Shown here in pieces: positions 37,251-44,300 of a DNA stretch of 44,300 nt. The stretch comes from Prevotella sp. (GTDB taxonomy: Bacteria > Bacteroidota > Bacteroidia > Bacteroidales > Bacteroidaceae). Where the stretch lies: contig DAINOS010000001.1 in the NCBI GenBank assembly GCA_036743855.1, positions 1-44,300 of the forward strand, given 5' to 3'. Every line of letters begins with the position of its first letter. The first letter of the stretch is position 1. The notes beneath the pieces were generated by a model that was not told where the DNA came from, ran no database searches, and worked only from the letters and a program-made list of their open reading frames with translations. A program made the position numbers and the translations under genes.

Positions 37251-37567
37251 TACTTGATCTCCTCCCCTGACTTTTTAGCGATGCGGATGACATTCTTGCC
37301 CTCATGCTTGACAGCGATACGGGTAGCCTTGCCACTCTTAGGATCGATAAGGCTGATGTTTGAGATGTGAATAGGAGCCTCCTGCTTCACGATTCCTCCT
37401 TGAGGATTCTTTGCTGAAGGCTTCGTGCTCTTTGAAACCATGTTGACACCCTCAACGATGGCACGGTTCTCTTTCACAAGCACCTTGAGCACTTTACCCG
37501 TCTTGCCCTTGTCGGAACCGGCAATGACGATGACGTTGTCGTCTTTCTTGATATGTAACTTACTCAT
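37250..37567 (-). CDS. rplX: 50S ribosomal protein L24 (likely start 37567)
   Basis: [32 protein letters not shown]. Confidence 0.97.
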   Translation of the reverse strand: MSKLHIKKDDNVIVIAGSDKGKTGKVLKVLVKENRAIVEGVNMVSKSTKPSAKNPQGGIVKQEAPIHISNISLIDPKSGKATRIAVKHEGKNVIRIAKKSGEEIK

Positions 37568-37586
37568 TACTTCTTTCATTTAAAGA

Positions 37587-37952
37587 TTAAAGAACCTCAG
37601 GTGCGAGAGACACGACCTTCATGTTGACAGCACGCAGCTCACGAGCTACAGGGCCGAAGATACGGCTGCCGCGAAGCTCACCAGCGTTGTTGAGCAACAC
37701 GCAAGCATTGTCATCGAAACGAATGTAAGAACCATCCGGACGACGAATCTCTTTCTTGGTGCGAACGACTAAAGCCTTAGATACCGCACCTTTCTTCAAG
37801 TCACTGCTTGGCAGGACGTTCTGGACAGCAACAACTATGACGTCGCCGACACTTGCGTAACGACGGCCTGTACCACCGAGCACGCGGATGCACATAGCCT
37901 CACGAGCGCCACTGTTGTCTGCTACTGTAAGTTTTGTTAATGCCTGTATCAT
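37587..37952 (-). CDS. rplN: 50S ribosomal protein L14
   Basis: [31 protein letters not shown]. Confidence 0.99.
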   Translation of the reverse strand: MIQALTKLTVADNSGAREAMCIRVLGGTGRRYASVGDVIVVAVQNVLPSSDLKKGAVSKALVVRTKKEIRRPDGSYIRFDDNACVLLNNAGELRGSRIFGPVARELRAVNMKVVSLAPEVL

Positions 37953-37954
37953 AA

Positions 37955-38221
37955 TTACTTAGCCTTTTCTACGATTTGTACTAATCTCCACCTCTTGGTC
38001 TTGGAAAGTGGACGAGTCTCCATAATCTGGACTGTATCACCCATATGGGCCTCGTTCTTCTCGTCGTGAACGTGATACTTCTTCGTCTTCTGGACGAACT
38101 TACCATAAATAGGGTGCTTCTCCTTGAACTTAGCCGCGACGACGATGGTCTTGTCCATCTTGTCACTGATAACGACACCCTGTCTTACCTTTCTTAAATT
38201 ACGTGTTTCCATTTGTGTCAT
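37955..38221 (-). CDS. rpsQ: 30S ribosomal protein S17
   Basis: [25 protein letters not shown]; alternative start at 38212. Confidence 0.98.
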   Translation of the reverse strand: MTQMETRNLRKVRQGVVISDKMDKTIVVAAKFKEKHPIYGKFVQKTKKYHVHDEKNEAHMGDTVQIMETRPLSKTKRWRLVQIVEKAK

Positions 38222-38415
38222 TACTTGTTAAGTTCCCTTTCGCGAAGCACTGTCTTCATGCGTGCAATATCACGACGCGCAGCTTTGATCTGTGACGGAT
38301 TCTCAAGCGGTGAAATCTGATGGTTGAGCTTAAGCTGCTTGTAAGCTGCCTCAGATTGCGCCAGCTTCTCGCGCAAGTCCTTGTCGGCGAGTTCTGTGAT
38401 TTCTTTGATCTTCAT
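38221..38415 (-). CDS. rpmC: 50S ribosomal protein L29
   Basis: [19 protein letters not shown]. Confidence 0.98.
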   Translation of the reverse strand: MKIKEITELADKDLREKLAQSEAAYKQLKLNHQISPLENPSQIKAARRDIARMKTVLRERELNK

Positions 38416-38418
38416 TAA

Positions 38419-38847
38419 TTATGCGTTTTTGTCGTAATCACGACGGATGACGAATTTTGTCTTCACTGGGAGTTTCTGGGCTGCCAGACGAAGAGCCTCT
38501 TTGGCCACGTCAAGGCTGACACCTTCCACTTCGAAGAGTATACGACCCGGAGTGACAGGAGCTACCCATCCAGCTGGATCACCCTTACCTTTACCCATTC
38601 GGACGTCAGCAGGCTTGCGAGTGATTGGCTTGTCAGGGAAGATGCGGATCCAGACCTGACCCTCACGGTTCATGTAACGGTTGACAGCTACACGAGCTGC
38701 CTCAATCTGGCGGCTGTCCAGCCATTTGCTCTCAAGGGTCTTGATGCCGAACGAGCCGAAAGCCAGTTGTGTGCCGCGATGAGCGTTGCCTTTGTTGCCA
38801 CGTCCATCCTGCGGCCTTCTATATTTTACTCTTTTTGGCTGTAACAT
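38419..38847 (-). CDS. rplP: 50S ribosomal protein L16
   Basis: [29 protein letters not shown]. Confidence 0.99.
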   Translation of the reverse strand: MLQPKRVKYRRPQDGRGNKGNAHRGTQLAFGSFGIKTLESKWLDSRQIEAARVAVNRYMNREGQVWIRIFPDKPITRKPADVRMGKGKGDPAGWVAPVTPGRILFEVEGVSLDVAKEALRLAAQKLPVKTKFVIRRDYDKNA

Positions 38848-38861
38848 TGTAGATGATTCTT

Positions 38862-39593
38862 TTAGCGATTATTGTTTCTACGGCGTCCGCCACGATTGCG
38901 GCGCTCACCGTCGCGGCGTGAGCCACGCTCGTTGCGATCCTGCTGGAAGTTAGGAGCGAGCTCCTTCTTTCCATAGACCTCACCACGCATTATCCACACC
39001 TTGATGCCAAGCAGACCGACCTTTGTCAGAGCCTCTGTCTGGCAATAGTCAATATCAGCACGGAATGTGTGCAGAGGAGTACGGCCTTCCTTGAACATCT
39101 CCTTACGTGCGATCTCGGCGCCATTCAGACGGCCAGTAATCTGCACCTTGATGCCCTCGGCACCGGCGCGCATCGTGTTCTGCACGGCCATCTTGATGGC
39201 ACGGCGATAAGCCATGAGGTGCTCAATCTGGCTCGCGATGTTCTCACCCACGATAGTGGCGTCGAGCTCTGGGCGCTTAACCTCGAAGATGTTGATTTGA
39301 ATATCCTTCTTGTAGAGCTTCTTCAGCTCTTCCTTCAGCTTATCCACATCGTGACCAGCCTTACCGATGACGATACCCGGACGGGCAGTGCAAATAGTGA
39401 TGGTGACGAGTTTGAGAGTGCGCTCGATGATGATGCGTGAAACCTGGGCTTTCTCGAGACGCTTCTTCAGGTAAGTGCGAATCTGCTTGTCCTCTACGAG
39501 GTTGTCGCCGAAGTTCTTGCCACCGAACCAATTAGAATCCCAACCACGGATTATACCAAGACGGTTGCTTATTGGATTAACTTTCTGTCCCAT
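38862..39593 (-). CDS. rpsC: 30S ribosomal protein S3
   Basis: [34 protein letters not shown]. Confidence 0.99.
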   Translation of the reverse strand: MGQKVNPISNRLGIIRGWDSNWFGGKNFGDNLVEDKQIRTYLKKRLEKAQVSRIIIERTLKLVTITICTARPGIVIGKAGHDVDKLKEELKKLYKKDIQINIFEVKRPELDATIVGENIASQIEHLMAYRRAIKMAVQNTMRAGAEGIKVQITGRLNGAEIARKEMFKEGRTPLHTFRADIDYCQTEALTKVGLLGIKVWIMRGEVYGKKELAPNFQQDRNERGSRRDGERRNRGGRRRNNNR

Positions 39594-39598
39594 TCTAT

Positions 39599-40006
39599 TT
39601 AATCTTTATCGTCATTAGTTTTGGCATCCACGAACAAAGTGACGTGGTTAGAGCGCTTGCGGATTCTGTATCCGCGACCCTGTGGTGCCGGTCTCATACG
39701 CTTCATGGTTACGCCTTCGTCTACGAAGACCTTGCTGATGTACAGCTCTCCATCCTCAGCCTTGCGATCGTTTTTGGTCTCCCAGTTAGCGATAGCAGAG
39801 CGAAGAAGCTTCTCCACGTCCTGCGCGGCACGCTTCTTGGAGAACTTAAGCACGCCAAGGGCACGGTTGACCTCCATACCACGAACCATGTCTACCACGT
39901 AGCGCATCTTGCGGGGAGAGGAGGGAACGCCAACGAGCTTGGCGAAGTATTGATTCTTACGGGCTTCCTTTAACTTTTCAGCCGCGTTATGTTTTCTTGC
40001 TCCCAT
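39599..40006 (-). CDS. rplV: 50S ribosomal protein L22
   Basis: [32 protein letters not shown]. Confidence 0.99.
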   Translation of the reverse strand: MGARKHNAAEKLKEARKNQYFAKLVGVPSSPRKMRYVVDMVRGMEVNRALGVLKFSKKRAAQDVEKLLRSAIANWETKNDRKAEDGELYISKVFVDEGVTMKRMRPAPQGRGYRIRKRSNHVTLFVDAKTNDDKD

Positions 40007-40037
40007 TATGTTTGCTTGAATTTAATGCTTATCCCGA

Positions 40038-40307
40038 TTACTTCTTGTTGTTTCCGGTATGACCACCGAAGCGACGTGTGAGGGCGAACTCTCCGAGGCG
40101 GTGACCAACCATGTTCTCAGTAATGTACACGGGGATAAATTTGTTACCGTTATGAACTGCGACAGTATGACCCACGAAGTCAGGTGAAATCATACATGCT
40201 CTGGCCCATGTCTTGACAACGCTCTTCTTGCCGCTCTCGTTCATGGCAAGGATTTTCTTCTCGAGCGAGACATTGATGTACGGGCCTTTTTTAAGTGAAC
40301 GACTCAT
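40038..40307 (-). CDS. rpsS: 30S ribosomal protein S19
   Basis: [19 protein letters not shown]. Confidence 0.99.
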   Translation of the reverse strand: MSRSLKKGPYINVSLEKKILAMNESGKKSVVKTWARACMISPDFVGHTVAVHNGNKFIPVYITENMVGHRLGEFALTRRFGGHTGNNKK

Positions 40308-40327
40308 AATTTGCTCTGTGTTTTAAG

Positions 40328-41155
<828 letters not shown>

Positions 41156-41163
41156 TTCTTATT

Positions 41164-41460
41164 TTAGATATTGCTGTAAAAATCAATAGTGTCACCGTCC
41201 TTCAAGGTGATGTAGGCCTTCTTGAACGCGTTCTTCTGACCGCGGATGAGACCAGCCTTGGTGTAACGGCTTGAGCGCTTGCCGGCAAAGCGTGCTGTGT
41301 TGACGGCGACAACCTTCACATTGTAAAGCTTCTCTACCTCATTCTTAATCTGGAGCTTGTCGGCATCGGGGCGAACGATGAAACCGTAGCGGTTTGAGTT
41401 CTTCTCCGTGATTCTGTTCTGTTTCTCTGTTACCAGAGGCTTAATGATAATGTTTGCCAT
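41164..41460 (-). CDS. rplW: 50S ribosomal protein L23
   Basis: IIKPLVTEK, FKKAYITL. Confidence 0.98.
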   Translation of the reverse strand: MANIIIKPLVTEKQNRITEKNSNRYGFIVRPDADKLQIKNEVEKLYNVKVVAVNTARFAGKRSSRYTKAGLIRGQKNAFKKAYITLKDGDTIDFYSNI

Positions 41461-41474
41461 TTCTTTCTTCCAAA

Positions 41475-42104
41475 TTACTTGTTAAGCACGCCGTTGATCA
41501 TCTCCAGGGAAGCCTCAGCTATCACGAGCACATCTGCGTTCAAAATCTTGTACGTATTGATGTTCTTTGCGCTCATGATCTCGGCCTTCTGCAGGTTGCG
41601 AGCGGACAAATATACATTTTTGTTCACTTCTGGCAAAACCACGAGAGTTTTCTTGCCCTCGACTTTAAGATTTTTAGTAATGTTTACGAAATCTTTAGTC
41701 TTTGGAGCTGCCATGTCGAAGTTGTCGACTACGATTATCTCGTTGTCCTTTGCCTTGTAAGAGAGGGCAGACTTACGAGCAAGAATCTTTACTTTCTTGT
41801 TGAGCTTGAAGCTGTAATCGCGTGGCTTAGGACCGAACACGCGACCACCACCCACGAGGACAGGTGAGTTGATGTCACCACGACGTGCGCCGCCGCCGCC
41901 CTTTTGGCGACCGAGCTTGCGTGTAGAACCGCGATGCTCGCTACGCTCCTTAGACTTTGCCGTTCCCTGACGCTGGTTTGCCAAATACTGCTTAACGTCG
42001 AGATAGATGACGTGATCGTTTGGCTCAATGCCGAAGACAGCGTCATTCAATGTAACCTTCTTGCCGGTCTCCTGACCGTTGATATTCAAAACGCTGAGTT
42101 CCAT
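41475..42104 (-). CDS. rplD: 50S ribosomal protein L4
   Basis: [34 protein letters not shown]. Confidence 0.99.
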   Translation of the reverse strand: MELSVLNINGQETGKKVTLNDAVFGIEPNDHVIYLDVKQYLANQRQGTAKSKERSEHRGSTRKLGRQKGGGGARRGDINSPVLVGGGRVFGPKPRDYSFKLNKKVKILARKSALSYKAKDNEIIVVDNFDMAAPKTKDFVNITKNLKVEGKKTLVVLPEVNKNVYLSARNLQKAEIMSAKNINTYKILNADVLVIAEASLEMINGVLNK

Positions 42105-42718
42105 TACTTCTGAATTAAAACAGTTGAACCATTGTAACCTGCCGTAGAACCCTTCACGATGATGAGGTTCTGCTCAGGGATTACCTTTAACACTTTGAGG
42201 TTCTGGGTTGTCACCCTGTCGCCTCCCATTTGGCCGCCCATGCGCATGCCCTTGAACACCTTTGCAGGGTAAGAGCAGGCACCGATTGAACCTGGCTTGC
42301 GGAGACGGTCATCCTGACCGTGAGTAGCCTGTCCGACACCGCCGAAACCATGGCGCTTCACAACGCCCTGGAAGCCTTTACCCTTGGACGTGCCAACAAC
42401 GTCGACAAATTCCACGCCGTTGAACATGTCAACCGTGAGAGTGTCGCCGAGGTTGTACTCCTCGTCAAACTTGAACTCGGCCAAGTGCTTCTTTGGTGTT
42501 GTACCAGCCTTCTTGAAGATTCCTGTCATAGGCTTGTTGGTGCGGCTTTCCTTAGCCTCGCCAAAGCCCAGCTGATAGGCTTTGTAACCGTCCTTCTCGA
42601 CAGTCTTCACCTGGGTAACAACACAAGGACCAGCTTCGATAACAGTGCACGGCACGTTTTTGCCGTCGGCACTGAAAACGGATGTCATTCCGATTTTTCT
42701 TCCAATTAATCCTGGCAT
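42104..42718 (-). CDS. rplC: 50S ribosomal protein L3
   Basis: [34 protein letters not shown]. Confidence 0.99.
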   Translation of the reverse strand: MPGLIGRKIGMTSVFSADGKNVPCTVIEAGPCVVTQVKTVEKDGYKAYQLGFGEAKESRTNKPMTGIFKKAGTTPKKHLAEFKFDEEYNLGDTLTVDMFNGVEFVDVVGTSKGKGFQGVVKRHGFGGVGQATHGQDDRLRKPGSIGACSYPAKVFKGMRMGGQMGGDRVTTQNLKVLKVIPEQNLIIVKGSTAGYNGSTVLIQK

Positions 42719-42759
42719 CTCAGTTTAAAAAATTAAATAATAATATAATGTTGTTTTGT

Positions 42760-42908
42760 GTTCTCTTTAAGTGATACCCGCTTTTTCAAGCTCACAACAC
42801 ACTTAAAAAGAACCGCTCACTTCTTCCAAACTGAAGGCCAAGTTGCTCTAATTCAGTGTATTGATGGCTACGAGCCAGCGCAATACTCACTTTTGCGGTG
42901 CAAAGGTA
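42760..42908 (-). promoter_or_regulatory. Promoter (-7 TACCTTTG at 42901-42908) and structured 5' leader of the rplC operon
   Basis: TAnnTTTG-CA, then hairpins at 42858-42886 and 42760-42813 (14-bp stem, one G-U on the minus strand). Confidence 0.65.
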
Positions 42909-42981
42909 CGGCTTTTTGCGCTATCCGCCAAGAGTTTACGCCAATATTTTCAAAACTTTTTGGTTTCGTGCGCTTTTGCGC

Positions 42982-44061
42982 TCATTTCCTCAGATAGCGC
43001 TTAATGATGGGGGTCATATAGTCGGCACACCGCTCAAAGCCGAGGTCGGTGAAATGTATGCCATCCACCGTGCCTTCGTTGTCGGTGCCTATCATGTCGG
43101 CGGAAGACACGAAAAACACGTTTTTGTCGCCGGCGGCGCGAAACTTCTTGTAAAACTTGGCGAGCGTGGCGTTTTTCTCGTCGATTGTCTTTTGGGTTTC
43201 CGAATCGAAACGCATTGGTGGGAACCTTGGGTTCTCCACAAGCAGTATCGGCGTGTCGGGACGCGCCTTGCGCAGTATGGCGTAGAAGCGTTCTATCTTC
43301 TCGTTTATCAGGTCACTCGTGCAGTTGGGCAACATGTCCATGACGTACAGTCCGGCGTCATGCTTCGCCATCACCTCCGCCACCTCTGGGTCGAGCTTGC
43401 CATTGCCGCTGAACCCGAGGTTCACCACCACACGGTTGAGCTTTCTCTCCACGATGTTGGTCGCCGCCATGCCTGGCCGTGAGGCGCATCCGCCTTGCGT
43501 GATGCTCGTGCCATACCACACCACCGGCTTTTTCTCCACCGGCAACGCCACCTTGGGCTTGCCTATCACGGCTTCCGCTTCGACACCTATCGCAAGGGAG
43601 TCGATGCCCTCATACAGAGGCAGATAGAGCATATACTCGCGCTCATTGCCATCGAGGTGGTCTATTATCTTCGATTGATTTGCCAGACGCTCACGCGGCT
43701 TCGCGCTGTTCACGAACACCCATTGGCCATTGCCTTGCAGACAATAGAGGTCAAGGCCGCGAATGCCGGTGGCGGTCATGTGGTTCATGTTGAACACCGA
43801 GTGGTTTTTCCACTTCACGTCAATCCGCTTCGAGTTGGTGCGGAAGCGCACCGCCATACCCGCCGAGTTTTGCCCGAGGTTCCACAGCGCGTCGCGTACC
43901 TTGCCTTTCAGCGAGTCGGGCAGCCGTGCATAGATGTTTGTCGACGCGAGTGTCGGGCGGCCTATGACCTTAAACCGCGAGGCATCATAATACTTGATTT
44001 GCGCCAGTGAACTTATGCTGGCAAGGAGAAGCAAGGTTAACAGCAAGGTGAGTTTTTTCAT
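42982..44061 (-). CDS. SGNH/GDSL hydrolase with N-terminal GxDLY domain (likely start 44061)
   Basis: Signal peptide MKKLTLLL.., GLDLY, YGTSITQGGCASRPG, NLGFSGNG, DGIHFTDLG. Confidence 0.9.
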   Translation of the reverse strand: MKKLTLLLTLLLLASISSLAQIKYYDASRFKVIGRPTLASTNIYARLPDSLKGKVRDALWNLGQNSAGMAVRFRTNSKRIDVKWKNHSVFNMNHMTATGIRGLDLYCLQGNGQWVFVNSAKPRERLANQSKIIDHLDGNEREYMLYLPLYEGIDSLAIGVEAEAVIGKPKVALPVEKKPVVWYGTSITQGGCASRPGMAATNIVERKLNRVVVNLGFSGNGKLDPEVAEVMAKHDAGLYVMDMLPNCTSDLINEKIERFYAILRKARPDTPILLVENPRFPPMRFDSETQKTIDEKNATLAKFYKKFRAAGDKNVFFVSSADMIGTDNEGTVDGIHFTDLGFERCADYMTPIIKRYLRK

Positions 44062-44086
44062 GGGATTACTTATTAGATTTACGGCG

Positions 44087-44124
44087 CAAAGATACACAAA
44101 TTCACACGAAAGTTTGTATTTTTG
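44087..44124. promoter_or_regulatory. Back-to-back -7 elements (TATCTTTG minus at 44087-44094; TATTTTTG plus at 44117-44124)
   Basis: Two TAnnTTTG matches pointing at the divergent flanking genes. Confidence 0.6.
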
Positions 44125-44134
44125 CATCATTCAA

Positions 44135-44300
44135 ATGGAAAAAATGGAGAATATTGAAATCAAGCATACTGTTTGGGACAAGCTGAAGGGGCACCCCACG
44201 ATGGTGGAGGGCACGGTGTATTCGATGCTCATCATTTGCAGCATATCGCATTTTCTGAACGACATGATTCAGTCTATCATCCCCTCCATCTACCCGATTG
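44135..44300 (+). CDS. MFS transporter, fosmidomycin-resistance (Fsr)-like, N-terminal part (truncated)
   Basis: Manual translation MEKMENIEIK...MLIICSISHFLNDMIQSIIPSIYPI matches the Fsr TM1 motif SHxLNDMIQS; alternative start at 44144. Confidence 0.8.
   Translation, partial: MEKMENIEIKHTVWDKLKGHPTMVEGTVYSMLIICSISHFLNDMIQSIIPSIYPI

Overview
Bacteroidota (Prevotella-like) chromosomal window in two parts. Left ~28.6 kb: two paralogous, co-oriented polysaccharide utilisation loci (PULs) of the host N-glycan type (susC-susD-GH18 lipoprotein-DUF1735/LamG lipoprotein). PUL1 (1-7547, cut by the window edge) has an STN-bearing SusC and a FecR anti-sigma but no adjacent ECF sigma gene. PUL2 (14878-24244) is divergent from a hybrid two-component system. 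Between them lie a 22-bp-period repeat/palindrome, an internally deleted ATPase pseudogene, an SLC13/TrkA-C permease, gltS and an SGNH-esterase::GH115 fusion. Right ~14 kb: the S10-spc-alpha ribosomal cluster from rplC to rplQ, without rpsJ at its head and without map between secY and infA, then an SGNH hydrolase and the start of an Fsr-like MFS gene. The most striking unexplained signal is that the PUL2 transcript carries, just after its first gene, two blocks (12 and 18 nt) perfectly complementary to the start codon and leader of the PUL1 susC 17 kb away. This is a candidate trans-antisense cross-regulation between PULs, or an inversion relic. All calls come from reading the sequence and ORF track; no database searches were run.
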